This document shows positions 44,116 to 59,678 of a stretch of 64,000 nt of DNA, piece by piece. Position numbers and translations under genes: made by a program. Below the pieces are notes generated by a model that was not told the DNA's origin, made no database searches, and saw nothing but the letters and a program-made list of their open reading frames with translations. The stretch lies in NCBI RefSeq assembly GCF_009914755.1, contig NC_060929.1. One strand, written 5' to 3'. Origin of the DNA: the human T2T-CHM13v2.0 reference genome, Homo sapiens. How positions within the stretch are numbered: the first letter of the stretch is position 1; each line of letters begins with the position of its first letter.

Positions 44116-44540
44116 GCTCTCTGAGCCCCCTCTTCTGGACAGCCTGAAGTACAAGTGGGCACTGTGATCGGAAGGTGCCAACCTTTTGTCTGAAGGCTGG
44201 TGTTGCACTGGTAAAGCCCTTGGAAAAGACAATTCTGTAGTAAAACTACTTTTGGGTGATCCACTTAGCACTCTCTTCACCAATGCTTTGGCAGTTAGTC
44301 TTGCTAAATAATTAAACACAGAACACATCACCTTGTGAAAATACTGCTCTTGGGAGAATATGTCCTCACAGCTTGCCACAGGCTCCAACAGCATAGCCAC
44401 AGAAAACTCTAACCGCGTTCTTGTATTTATCCAAATAACAAAACCACACAATATTTCTTTATCAGCAAGCACTAGGTCACTCTTGAGTCAGACATCATTG
44501 TAGGCAGACACACAGAGCTCCAGCTGTTAGCGATGGTTAC

Positions 44541-44667
44541 CTGGGTGGACAAGCCTTTTCATGGCACTTCTTCTGTCTCCCATTGGGCTGTGTTTCTGGG
44601 TCACAGAATGTAGCTTTCACCATCCCGCGGCCCTTCTTTATGCAATGGGCAGTTTGGCGGCGGATAC
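44541..44667 (-). CDS. ADAMTS12: ADAMTS12 coding exon (127 bp; TSR): (G)[41 protein letters not shown](R)
   Basis: Acceptor ctgacccccag|GTA, donor CCAG|gtaacc; phase 1 to 2 matches both neighbouring exons; TSR cysteine pattern. Confidence 0.95.
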
Positions 44668-44993
44668 CTGGGGGTCAGACAGAAAGATTCACACGTATTG
44701 AATCCTGAGCCCACATGCTCATGGTTAGGTGAGGTACCTGACCATGTCAACGATCATGCTGACGGCTGATGGGAAAGTTGTTCAAAAGTTACTTGGTTTT
44801 AAAGGAGGGATGAAGAATAGGGACCTCTTACAATTCACCCTGATGCTGCAGCTGGCAAGAGGAGGAGGAGAGCTTGCCTAGGAAAAACTGTAGATCATAG
44901 AGGTAGGAGGTAAAGTCTGTTCCATAGATTACAGTCCAGCCATGGAGACGAGACTAACACACACATGCCAGGTGGAAAACCAAATGAGATTTA

Positions 44994-45336
<343 letters not shown>

Positions 45337-47344
45337 TTATGAGGCAATTGCTACATTATTAGCGTAATTAAAGGATACAGGAGACAGATATCTTTATATT
45401 AGTTGATGTCAGTAAATTCTGAAAGACTGAAATACAATTTAAAATAATGTTGTGAAGTTTGAGATGTTATGTTTTTTAAAATACAGGGATTTGATAGCAA
45501 GGATTGATAATCCTGCTGCCTTCAGAGACCAGGTAGTTAATGTAAGTAAGGGACTCACACAGGGTCTATAGGCAAATGAAGCCTTGTCCCAGGCACTGTT
45601 CTAAACTATGTGTATTTATATCAATAATGTATTACCTGTTATCTATTATGATGTATAATAACCCAAACCTCTCAACAACCCAATGAAATCAGCACCGTCA
45701 TTATCATTATCTGACAGGCGAAGAAACTGAGGCACAGTGATGTCACAAAGGTTGAGAAAGGGAAAGGACCACTGACTTTGATAACTAGGACATCATTAGC
45801 AAGGGAATGTAGAGGACTGGCCAGCCTGTCATGGACTGAAGTGAAGGGGCAGTGAAGAAGCAACTCAGCATCTCCCTTGAAAGGGCTAGTGCTCACATGT
45901 GACATGTGAAACACTGGGTAAGAATACTAAAGACTAAGAACCCTGAAAGGCAGAACAATCTGTACAAAGGCTGGCACCCTGAGCTCTCAGGATGTCTAGA
46001 CCTTGTGTGGGCTCACTGGTGTACAGAACTCCAGAACTGGAAAGGCCCGGAGCAATCCAATGAGCTGGTCACCTCCTCCCTTTACAGCCAAGGACACTGA
46101 GGGGCTTTCCCTCAGTCACACAGCTGGCAGGACTGACCTGGAACCTGCTGTCCTACCACCCACCACCTCGCACTGCCTCAGCATGGACTCGCTTCAGCCA
46201 AATCCCCCTGATGCCAGATGGCATCTTGTCACTTAAAAAAGTGTCAGAGGGAGTTGCAAAACAGTAAGTAAATCCTTTAAAAAAGAACAATTTTTTTTTG
46301 AGAAAATTCTGTTTTCAAGAGACAAGTAAACCTTCAACCACTCAGGCTTTCCCAACTAACAGATGTCGGTGGAATAGAGACTCGGATCGTTGACATCAGA
46401 GAAGCTGACATGCATCTGCCATTGGAGAGTGGGGGAAAAAAGTTTAGCTGCTTAGAAGTTTCATTAAAGCTTGGGTGGTTTGGCAAATTCTTGATGTCAA
46501 AACATGAAAAGGACCGTCAGATGACTGTAACAGGTTGGAAACATTCCGAAAAGGCTTGTATCTGTGCACGAATAGCAAAGGTAAGTGTGCTTAGTGTCCC
46601 TGTCTCCAGAAGGGCACAAAACCTTACATAAAATCCCCTTCGGAAAGTTAATAACATGGCATGGGTCAATCCACTGCACCAGCTGGGAGATGAATGGATA
46701 GGCCAGGCAGATGTCATCAAGGGCAAAAGGAAAAGGGATAACTATGTGTCAGAGTTTCTCCACTGACATTAATGGTCCTGGTGACCATTACTCTTCTCTC
46801 GGCAACTGCATTCTTATATGCTACAGTCCTTGTATGTGCCAGGTACCAAGCTAAGCCCAATCTTCCAATGAGGGCCCCAACCCAGTAGGTCGACCCCCTG
46901 ACATTATAGGATAGCCAAGGGCTTCTTTCTCAAGTCTGATGCTTGTGTGTTCATTTGGTAAAATTTAATTTATCAATTCATTTCTTATCTATTCCTGCTT
47001 AAATAAAAAAAAGAAAAGAAAACAAATAGAATCCAAGCGTCCTGAGTTCTAGTCCCTACTTTTCCTTCTACACATCACTGGGTTTAGTCTGTAGGAAAAT
47101 GAGAACAGTGATATTCATGCTGTTGGAGGGCAGGAAGCTCAGCTAGTTTATCCTGGAAGCATCTCTTACATTTTAAAAGTGATGCTCCATAAAAGGAAGA
47201 CAAAGTTTAATCATTGGAAACCTTGGATAATGAAAGGATCTGGTTAATATAATTTTATGGTTAACCTAGAAAATGGTTTGTTGAAACGATTGTCAGGATG
47301 TTTCAAAATGATATTAGTTCATATTGCCTTCGTGAGTGTGCATA

Positions 47345-47870
47345 TGGCAGCTCATATTTTCCAAAGGTGGCTGCAACAATATTCTCCCATTCAGCGTGCT
47401 CTTCTACAACATGACCTTGTCATCCCTCACTGAGACACAGAGTCTAATTCTCCTGGCCTTGAACTAAATGCAGAAGTGATGCTGTGTGACTTCAGAGGCC
47501 AGATTAGAAAAGGCCAAGCAACTTCATCTGCTGCATCTGTGTCTCAATCTCGGGACACTCCAGCTACCACAGTGGGGAAACTCAGCGCCCTTGGAAAGGC
47601 CACATGTAGGTCAACAGTCAGCCCCAGATGAACCTAGCCCTTGGATCAACCGGCTCAGGTGCCACTCACATGAATAAAACAGCATTCAGATGGTTCTAGC
47701 CCCCAGGCATTTGAGTCTTCCTAGCCAAAGTGCCAAACACAGTGGAACAGAGGCACAGCATACCCAATGTGTCCTGTCTCAATTTCTGACCCACAGGATC
47801 TGTGGCATAATAAAGGGGTGGATGTTTTACTACACTAATTTAAGGGTGCTTTGTTATATACCAGGAGTAA
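47345..47870 (+). mobile_element. MLT1-type MaLR LTR
   Basis: gcagaagtgatgctgtgtgacttcagaggcc...tttctgacccacaggatctgtg. Confidence 0.65.
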
Positions 47871-49712
47871 TGGAAAGAACACTCAATAAATGTGAGCTTT
47901 CTTCTTTCCTCCAGTCAAGACCCAGAGCTGCAGTTGAGCTTGGCTTGCTATAGTCCAACCATGATTGATTTTATTGATTTTTCATGTTCTTTTCTCTTGT
48001 GCTACAGTTCTTCTGTTTTCCCTCCAGATCCACTGTGCCCCCTTCTCTTCCCTGCCCTAAACCTCAAGAAGGTCATCCTGTGGATTGCTGTGGCTTCCCA
48101 TGAGATTTGGGAAATGGAGGCACTATCTCTTTGTTTAACTGCTCCTCCCCCTTAATTCTTTAGGCCTAGGGATGGTAGCCTTATTCCTCTGACCCTTCAC
48201 TGTTAATGGGCAGGGGCAGTAAATTACCTTTCTTAATTTCCCTAAACCCTACCCATACCTTTGGAAGTAGGCAAGGTCGTCAGCTTGACTGTTCCAGCTA
48301 TTCCCTGCTGGGTCCCTAACTGGTAATTTCTCCTTTGCAGTAAAAATCCTAAACTATTCATCTTCAGTGATACACTCATTAACTCTGAAAATCGATTGCT
48401 GAAATAAAATCTTTCTTTGACATAGGATATTGTAATATCTCTTGTGGAGGGGGTTCAAATCAGTCACCCTTTTAAGAGCAGTTATCATTATGTGACACTG
48501 CAAATGCAGGAAATACAACACATTCAGCTAAGTCTATGTGACCTTGATCTTTCCCTGGAAATTAAAGAAAGATAAATGATATTGGCTTTTTATTTGGCTT
48601 GCTATTTTTTCCCTTTCTCTTCTATACTAAATATAGTCCCAAAAGAAATTCCAGCTAATTAAGGATGCCAATCAATCAATATGTTGCCACAGCACTAAGT
48701 TAACTGTTTATCTGGAAGCACTTACTTCAAAAGACACAAAGTAGAAATCAGTTGCATTCCAAAATATATGAGAACTAAATTCAAAATGTTATTTCCAGAT
48801 GATTCTGAATGCCTTTCCCCACGTAGCAACCAGAACATTGCCATGCAGCAGTACTTAGTAAATCTCACTGGATACTAGCAATGAAAAGTCAACTAAGTGC
48901 CTTTAAAAGAACTGTCTTCCTGTACTCTAAACAGGAGTACTCATCTTGAATGAAAATTATGCCTCGATGTAAGGAACAAGCAATGTTCCTTACATCTAAA
49001 AGAAAATGACATAGCTCATCATATTCTCAATTCAATATCCAGATTGTAAAATCAAGGGAGTTTGTTATGGTTAATTAAATTTGATTCAAAAATTCAGTTT
49101 AGACAACTGAAAGACTTAGATAAAACAAGTGAAGACACAGCTTATTGTAATGACTTATGGTTAAAACTATAGTATTTCCTGTTATGTATAAACTTAAGAT
49201 TAGATACTTAAGACAGTGAACATTTAATTACAGCATGTGAAAGTTTCAAGGCATTGTATACTCAATCTTTAAAATACTGTTAAGGTCTCTTTTTTAAAAT
49301 AACCATTTAAGTGAGAATGATACCAGTACAAGTTAAATTGCACATTAGCACATAAATTACAATCCTCCCCAAATTAGACATAACATTGATTTTAATAATA
49401 GAAAATGATAACAATTCTGTGACTCAATAAAGAGCTTGTCACTTACAATTCCCCTAAATAAGTAGCAAACATTAACTTCACAAGAAGAAGAGAAGTGTAG
49501 GAATTGTTTATCCGTCCGTCTCTCTTGTCAATGAGTCCATTCTTAGCCAACTTTCACTTTAGGTTCCCACTAAATATTTACCTTTTTTCTTTCTGGCTCT
49601 CTTGGTTTCTTCACCTGTTTTCATGCTCTATGAGTTCAGATCTAACCTTCATAATGAAGGCTCTGTCAAGGACAGCTTGGGTCTCATGACTATAGAAGCT
49701 CAAACACATTTA

Positions 49713-49715
<3 letters not shown>

Positions 49716-49756
<41 letters not shown>
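49716..49756 (+). repeat. (GT)20 microsatellite
   Basis: Seen directly. Confidence 0.95.
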
Positions 49757-49757
<1 letters not shown>

Positions 49758-52648
49758 TCAACAATCACAACATCGACAGCACCATCAAAACTGGAACTGG
49801 TTTTGAATCCTGCTTTTAACATTTACTTACTGAGTAATCTTGGACAATCCTGCTAACCTTCTCAAGCCTCAATTTCCTTGTCCTCATCTTCAGGATGGCA
49901 AAAGATTATAGTATAGGGTTGTTGTGAGGACAAAATGATGTATGCATCCTCATATGCCCACGATGTACCCTAAGTCCTGGTACTATGCTGAATGCACATA
50001 GTAGGACCTTGAGAAAAGTTTTGTAACCTGAATCCAAAGCCTCTTTGTAACCCACTCATCCAATAGTGAATATTAACTCCCTCTAAAATTCTGCTTCCTG
50101 CACCTCATAAGATCAGGGTTGGCTTCACACTCTGAGGCTAGGGAATAAAGCGAACTCAACTCATCCAATTCAATGAAGCCGTAGTTTTCATACTTCTGTG
50201 ATGTAAACTCCTTCCTACAAACAACTAGACCCTTGTTACACAATTCATTTTTATTTCCTAGCTCAAAAGAACATTGACATTGACTTCAATAACCACAAAT
50301 ATTGAATGTATATTAGATAATAAGATATTATTTTACTATCATCATTTGTTGAAACCTATACCTCTCACATCAGTAAAACTCCAAGCCACTACTTTTTCTC
50401 TCCCTGAAATGCCAATGAACTGTTACATAAGTTCATAAGTTGACTGTCATGATTACGGGTAACATAAGAATTTATATAAGAAATGCTTAAATAAGGTGCT
50501 TAAAGAATGTTTAATAGTCTTAGGTAGAAAAAGATTCTGCCCTATGAAGGAGATATTTTCAAAATTCACCACAATCAAGAGTATTCCTGCCTGATTATGA
50601 CTCCCTTTCTGTGTCCAAGTCAGGGACTCATTCACTTAAAGAAAATCAGAGGCCTACAATGCCTCACAGCTCTCATGGGTTAACAAGAAAAGCAGCCAGT
50701 CAGCATTCCACAGAGCACACCGAGCAAGGCAAAGCTCCACAGAAACCAACTGAGAAATTCCAGGCAACCGCATTATTAAAGAACAAAACTAAGGCCTTGA
50801 AATAAGGGCAGGATAAATCTCCGCTGGCCGCACAGGGTAAAAAATGGAACTAGGAAGGCTGGCTAAATAACAGACCATTAGATTAGCCACTCTGATTAAG
50901 GATTCTCATTTCTTCATTAGTGAACTACAACAGAAAGGTTATCAGACCTCCACTGTATATTACTAGTAGTTTATTTTATATATTTATGCATTTAGTAAAC
51001 TATATGATCCTCATTCTAGAGTATCCATCTCTCAATTCCAATAATTTAATTCCATTGAAATCATCTGAATTCGTCCTCCTATTATCTTTATGAAGTCCTA
51101 CATTATGACAGATGAATATCTGAACTTGGTTGATCCTACCTGACCATTATGGTGGACAAAGTCAGATGGATTAGCACCAAGATGAGTGCACTTTGAAAAT
51201 GTTAAATAAGTATCTGACTCTGGGTTTCCAAAGAAGTGTATTCTGCTTTCTAAATATCAGTATATGGTCACAAATCAGGGTTATAGCGGAATAGGTGCTT
51301 CCATTTATGAATCTCGTGCTTTACCAAGGATATGTGGACATTATCTCAAGCATGGTTACACTGAGCTTCAGTAGGAATACTATTGGATAAATCCTGTAGC
51401 AACTAGTTTCAGTAAACAGAAGTATCTGCTCCACGCTAATTTATTTCCAATGAATGTGATCTAGTTTATAATTCAGTTTAGAACAGTCAAACAATCTCCA
51501 GGAACTTTGTAGGCATGGTCTTTGCAGTTTTCAATATTTGCTTTTCCTACCAGCACATGACATTTTTTGAACAAAGGGAGAATAACTTAACTCCAGAGAG
51601 AATTTACCCAGGAGATAAAGGAAAAGGAGAAGCCCAGTGTAGGGCAGAAGTGTTCTCTCTTTTGTGTAGGCCACTGTTGTACCTACAGGCCCCAAAACGC
51701 AGAATCAAGATCACTGAGCACAAAAATGGCAAAGGTCACATTCAGAAGTGAGGAGCTATTTTCCAGCAGTAGGGCCATTCCAGGACACAGGAAATTTTGG
51801 TTAGACGCTATTATGACTGACAGAACTCTGCAGTACTAAGGCTGCAATGAGGCAAAAAGGTGGCTTTTGCATCTCTCTAAAAGTGATCCTGAGCTTTTGC
51901 CCAAATATTTTCTTATAAAGAGTCCTGAAGCTTCCTGTGGAGATGAATATCTGTGTCAAGCCATTTCTGCAGATGTTTCTTCACAGATAATCTATTGGCT
52001 GAACTTTCATTGGTGATCTTTTGATGGGTGACTCAGATAAATTACTTTCATTAAGCCTTCCGTAATGCATGGTAATTCTTTTCCAAGTTTCCTGAGGAGT
52101 AGTCAGTCCTAAATTCCCCTAAAGTCAGAGCGTCACTCTCCATGGTAAGGCAGAAGTAAAAGCAAATGCCGCTGAGGGGAGAGAAGAACAGATACTGGCT
52201 TGGAGACAAAGCTGTCACTGGTGTTCTCTGAGAGTGCCCTTTACCTCTGAGCACTAAACTGTGGAAAATCGGCTGGCTCTCATACCAGTGAGCTCAGTTT
52301 AGAGTATTGTCTTGCCAGTTTTTCACATGGATCTCTGATCTAGAACAAAGGTAATATTTTAAAAATTCAAAATAAGAAAACAACATCTTAGTGAATTTAT
52401 GCTTAAATACTTTGTTCCAAATGTGTAACAGTAATATATCACATATAAACATGTAAACAAAATTAGATTATAAAATACAAAAAATAAGGCACCACACTCA
52501 AATGTAGTCAAACAGCCCTGCAAAATACTGAGCAGAACTTAAGTGAAGTGCTTAACTTAAGCAGAGCTCTGTCAGGCTCCTGGCCTTGTTAGTGTCTTAC
52601 TACCTTCTTAGGCCTAGAACTCATCAAGAGTGAATGCAGTTAATATAA

Positions 52649-52875
52649 GTATGAATTTATATCATATTAAGTAAACTGTAACCAAGGAACGCCAGTACAG
52701 CTCAGTAACAGAAAATCTATTCATGGAGTAACCAAATTAGCATATTAATAGATATAAAACATGATCATCTCAGAAGATACAGAAAAATATCAGATTCAAC
52801 ACGCGTTTATAATGAAAGATGTCATAAACTAGGAATAGAAGAAAATTTATTTTCCCTGATAAAAATCATCTGAAG
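52649..52875 (+). repeat. Old L1M ORF2 fragment; local duplicate of 55522-55753
   Basis: Shared strings gccagtacag, taacagaaaatctattcatg, ggaatagaagaaa, atcatctgaag. Confidence 0.75.
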
Positions 52876-52888
52876 GAGCAGGAATGAA

Positions 52889-53150
<262 letters not shown>

Positions 53151-54494
53151 GAAAGAACAACCCCCGACCACCCCCCTACTTAGCACAATCACTCTTGAAG
53201 AGTTTTAGGCCTGGGAAGTTAGCAAGACAAGAATTCAATTTCTAATCAAGAGCTCAGCCGACCTACCTGCTGGCTCCATCACTTTATCCGGTATATTGTC
53301 AATGTCACCATGAGACAGCAGTTCTAAACAATCATGACAAATCCTGGTCCTGAAATGAGGCTCTGCAGTGTGGTCAAGTAAAACTGCAAAAGTATTAGAA
53401 AGGGTGGGGTGCATACAGACAGAAGATGGGAGAAAAGAGGCAGGAGAGAGAAAAAAGAAAAAGCCACTAAAAGGAAATTACACTCTAATCAAACCTGTAA
53501 ATTATAATTCCAAAATACATTTAGAGAAATCTAATGCTAAGACAAGCTACAAAGTAATTAGAATAGGAATCCACTCTGGGTGAAATAAATTTGATAGGGC
53601 ACTCTGATAAGCTTTAAAATAAGCATGTTACTGCCTTTGGGCATTTTAATTAGACATATATAAAAATAAACTCTTCTTCAGACCTGTTTCTTGTTATATG
53701 TTCTTTGTCGCAGTGAATGATACCACCATTTGGCTACTTACCCAACGGAGCACAGAGAGTGTTACCTTTCAGTCTTCCCTATGCTCAAATCACTGTCCAC
53801 TAATAGATAAATGGAATCAACCACTGAGCCGAGTCTAGCCTATTTCCTAAAGAGCTCCACATTTGTACAATTTTTCCATCTATGTCACTTTAATTTCAGT
53901 TCTAGCCACTGTATTATTTCCCTTGACTGCTGCAAAAACTTTGGATATCTTCTCCTTACCTCTTGCATTTTTCTCCCACACAGAAATAAAATGTTGAGGA
54001 TGTTCAAATAAATTTAAAAAAGATATAATTTCTATTAGTTGAGCATAATAAATTGTAAAAATGGAAGAAACAAGAATAGATACATATAAAAATGACAACT
54101 GGAAAACTTGGGGAAAATATAGTCATTGAAATAAAAAATGCTGTGGTGAGGGTAAATTCTAGATAGGACACAGTTGAAGAGTAAGTGAGTGATGTTGAAT
54201 AAAGTTCTGAGGAACTCAGAGTTCAGTTTGAAAGGAAAAAATACTTGAAACATACAAAAAGCATTTAAGATGTATACAGAGTAAATCGAGAAGTTTCAGC
54301 ATTCATGTAATAGGAGTCACAGAACAGAGAATAAAGAGGATAATCAATGAGTAGTATTTAAATAGATAATTATTAATAATTTTCTGGCACTGCTTTTTAA
54401 CAATTACATTTTACATATATTCATTCGTTTAATTATCATACCAACCATACAAAATTTCTCACATTTATAGATGAAGAAATTGAAGCACAAATAA

Positions 54495-54896
<402 letters not shown>

Positions 54897-55837
54897 TGAC
54901 ATACTAATAGGACTATTTATTACTTAAGAATGAGAAAGAGAGCCATGGGACCAGGGAAGATTTTATACAATTGCAGGAGACACTTACTTGAATGCTTCTC
55001 TATCTTAAAGGAAAATAGTAGCCAGTCAACAGGAAGAAAGAATAATATAAATGAATGAGAAAATAAGGAGTACCTATTGACCCATATGGTCAAGAAGTGT
55101 GAAGAAACTGTAAGGATGAGTTGCCTTCATGCACAGACCACTGCGTGCCCAGTCTAGCCACTTGATCTGCAGACAACTTACCTTTGAATGCATTCGTGAG
55201 TCCTATGTGAGGACAGAAGAATGAAGAAAAATCTCCCCCACCTAACCAAAGTAGGACTGACTAGAACCTGTGGAGAAATTTCTCTGGAAGCAAGAACAGC
55301 AATGGACACAAACCATTGTTATTCTTATTTTATATAAAGTTGCAGAGAAAAAAGAGGAAAAGTAACCCAACTCATTTATGAGCCTTCTATAACTTTGATA
55401 CCCAGCTGAACAAGGAGAGTGCTGGAAGGGAATATTAAAGATAGATCTCATTCATGAATGTAGATGCAAAAGTCCTAAGTGAAATATTAGCAAACAGAAC
55501 TCAACAGTGTATATAACACATGTATGAATTTATACCACATTAAGTAAGCTTTGTCAAAGGAATGCCAGTACAGTTCAATAACAGAAAATCTATTCATGAA
55601 ATAACCAACTCTTTTAGAATATTAATGGAGAAAAACTATATGATCATCTCAGTAGATGCAAAAAAAATTAAACAGATTCAACACTCATTTATAATAAGGT
55701 AATAAGCCAGGAATAGAAGAAATTTTTTTTTCACCGATAAGGATCATCTGAAGCATTCTTATCAAAGTCAGCAGAAAGGCATACATATCTCTTATTGTCT
55801 ATTGGGATCTATTCCATTCAGCACTCTGTTACAGGTC

Positions 55838-55867
55838 CAATGCAATGCAATGCAATGCAATGCAATG
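55838..55867 (+). repeat. (CAATG)6 pentanucleotide repeat
   Basis: Seen directly. Confidence 0.95.
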
Positions 55868-56100
55868 ACTTCAAAAAACAAAAAGTAAAACATCTGGAAA
55901 GGAGATAAAAATTTTCTTATTACTGAAACAAAAATTCAAAAAATTCTACAGACAAACAGAACTAATAATAGAGTTCAGCAAGGTTGCCGGATACAAAATT
56001 AAAACATAAAAATCAAGAGCATTCCTATGTATCTCTAAGGAGAAAATAATTCCTAAAGAATCCCGAAGACCTGAATAGAGAGATCTATTGTATTCATACC

Positions 56101-56364
56101 TTGGCTATTCAGGCTCTTTTTTGGTTCCATATGAATTTTACAATAGTTTTTTTCTAGTTCCGTGAAGAATCTAAATGGTAGTTTAATAGTAATAGCATTG
56201 AATCTGTAAATTGCTTTGGGCTGTACGGCCGTTTTAATGATATTGATGATTCCTTTCCATGAGCATGGAATGTTTTTCCATTTTTTGTGTGTTATCTCTG
56301 ATTTCTTTGAGCAGTGTTTTGTGGTTCTCCTTGTAGAGATCTTTCACCTCCCTAGTTAGCCGTA
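56101..56364 (-). mobile_element. Internal L1P ORF2 fragment without poly(A), flanked by a 12-bp TSD
   Basis: Reverse complement matches ~21637-21900 of the full-length L1; tgtattcatacc 56089-56100 / tgtattcagacc 56365-56376. Confidence 0.82.
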
Positions 56365-56649
56365 TGTATTCAGACCCAGGAAAACTCAGTTTTAAAGGTA
56401 TCAATCCTCACATAAGTAACATACAAATTGATCACAATTCCAGTAAGGATTTTCTTGGAGTTTTACAAACTGATAAATAAGCAAAGGCCAGGAATAGATA
56501 AGAAGATTTTTAAAGAGAAAGAACTAGATAAGGAATTTTAATACTAACACATATATAAAGCTGCAAAAATTAGAGAACTAGATCAATGCAACAGAATAGG
56601 AGCTGGGAAATAGACCCACACCTATAAGCAAATTGGATAAATGCCAGTG

Positions 56650-56802
56650 AAAGAGCTTCCAGATGGCTGAACACATGGAAGTTCCTGGAGGGTGGAGCAC
56701 CCAGAGGGGGCATGGAAGCTCTGTCACCTTTCCACACACTTTGCCCTATGCATCTCTTCATCTGTTTCCTTTGTAACATTCTTTAGAATAAACCAGTAAG
56801 TA
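56650..56802 (+). mobile_element. MER21-like LTR fragment
   Basis: gagcttccagatggctgaacacatggaagttcctggagggtgg...ttgccctatgcatctcttcatctg...aataaaccagtaa. Confidence 0.65.
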
Positions 56803-57988
56803 GCACTGTGCCACACCTGGGAAGGAGGAAAGACACACAAAAAGCATCAAGCACAGAACCTGTCATCCAGGAGTTTACAATCTGGCAAAGGAGATAAGAC
56901 GTGCACACAAATATTATAATTAAAATTACAAGTCGGCAAATAATCAGAGGTAGATGAAGACAGAGTTCGATCATTTTAACAATAGAATTCTGTGGTTTAA
57001 AAACCAAGCTAATAAGATTTTAATGACTACAATTCCTAAAAAGTTGGGTCTTTTTACAGATGTGCTTACAAAACTGGATGGAAAAAGGAAAACAGAAGAG
57101 AATCATCACTTATCACGCTTAGAGTTCTCACAGATGGGATACAGTGAGTTTGTTGAGATGCAGTTCCTTTGACTCTCTGATAGTGGCAAAGCATCACACA
57201 GCTGCCCCAGAGAAGCCACAATGAACCCACCTTTTCACGTGCAACTGCAGGAACAAGAGGAAAGAAAACCAGTTCCACCCAGAGGTACAGACAAAGAAAA
57301 GCACCCTCCCAAGGAGCCTGAATGGTAAGTGACCATGGAGAGCATCACTCGGTCAGAAAGGCAGGTGAGTTATTAGCTTAGTCCCGGCCCTCCTATTTAA
57401 TGCAGGACAGTGGTGATGTTTAACAAACCCTGGCTGTGGTGATAAGCCTCGGATCTGATGGAGGAAATCCAATTGAAAAGCAGCCAAGGGAAACAAGAAG
57501 CTAGAAACAGATGTTCCAGCTACTAGGATGCGCGCATATTTAACCTGAATTACATGTAGGTGGGGTGGGATGAGAGCATTCATTTCTAAGTACTGTCTAG
57601 AGATTTCACTTCCTCCCCCATACAGATATTGTCAAGTGCAGTTATAGCCATCCACATTAGTTTTGTCAAATTCTCAGCAATTTCTTTAAAATAAGGTATT
57701 AAAATAATAACAGCTTTAAAAGTGCCAACAAGGAGGGGTTGTCATATTAAATAAATGTGGTTGGAATAATTGATTATTCCTAAGGAAACTGGATTCCTAC
57801 TTTACACCTCACACAAAAAATAAGTTTAGGTGGGTTAAACTCCCTATGTGAAATTCAAAATCTAAAAGTTTTAGAAGAAAATATAGGATCATATCTACAT
57901 ATAGGATAGAAAAGTATTTTTAGTTAAGACACCGAAAGCACAAACTTTAAAGGGAAAACACACAAAATTCATTATATTAAAAATTTAA

Positions 57989-58252
<264 letters not shown>

Positions 58253-58477
58253 TAATATTTCTACTTAATATGAGTTCTGCTTAATGTAAATAAGTCAACG
58301 TAAACAAAGTTTAAAAGACAAGGCAAAGACTAGAACAGAGACTTGCAACATTTTTGGTTCATATTGCCCTTCATGTTTCAGTCATTTTTCTTGTGGCCTC
58401 TATGCAAAATAAAACATTTAACAGTTCCATTCATTAAATAATTCAGTCTTAATAAAGATTTATGGTCCAACAACTTA

Positions 58478-58845
<368 letters not shown>

Positions 58846-59404
58846 TAGTATTTTTGTTTCATTTTAAATTAACTTGATGAGGTGTGTACCTCTATTGGAT
58901 ACTGTACAACTTTTCAAATCTTGGAATGAGACACCATATTTCCGGTTTCACATCGATTTTCAGGAGGTACTTGATTTTTTAATCACAGCAACCACTGAAA
59001 AACCAGTTTCACAAACATAGAATGTCATTGAAAAGAATGTAGTGTGACCTAACCTTGAACTACCTCGAGCAGGTAGTAGACACATGATGTCCAAGAAATG
59101 TTAACTCCTGCTGTGTTTCCCTTTAACATTTCATTGTTTCCCTGGAAAATTTAAAATATTCCACGGCACCCTATGAGTTCACAGATTTACTCCTATGATA
59201 TGGAGACTGTATGACCTAGGCATTTTACTTTTAGGTAGACATATTAAAGAAGCCCAAATACTGAGGTAATGAGGGAATAATCATAAGGCATTCATTACAG
59301 AATTGCAGAAATATTTATAGCTGCAAAATAGTAGCATGTATAAATAAATCATGATATATTCACGGAACGGAATAGTACACAACCCTTAAAATAAATGTAT
59401 GAGA

Positions 59405-59678
59405 GACTGGGCACAGTGGCTCATGCCTGTAATTCCAGCACTTTGGGAGGCTGAGGCAGGTGGATCACTTGAGGTTGGGAGTTTGAGACCAGCCTGGCCA
59501 ACATGGTGAAACCCTGTCTCTACTAAAAATACAAAAATTAGCTGGATGTGATGGTGCATGCCTGTAATCTCAGCTACTCAGGAGGCTGAGGCAAGAGATC
59601 GCTCGAACCCAGAGGTAGAAGTTTCAGTGAGCCAAGATCGTGCCATCCCACTCCAGCCTGGGTGACAGAAAAAAAAAG
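59405..59678 (+). mobile_element. AluS
   Basis: Dimer with A tail. Confidence 0.9.

Larger units (their letters stand above)
55320..56640 (+). mobile_element. Highly diverged L1M ORF2 relic hosting later insertions
   Basis: aactcatttatgag...atgatcatctcagtagatgca...gagttcagcaaggttgccggatacaaa...gaaatagacccacac. Confidence 0.7.
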
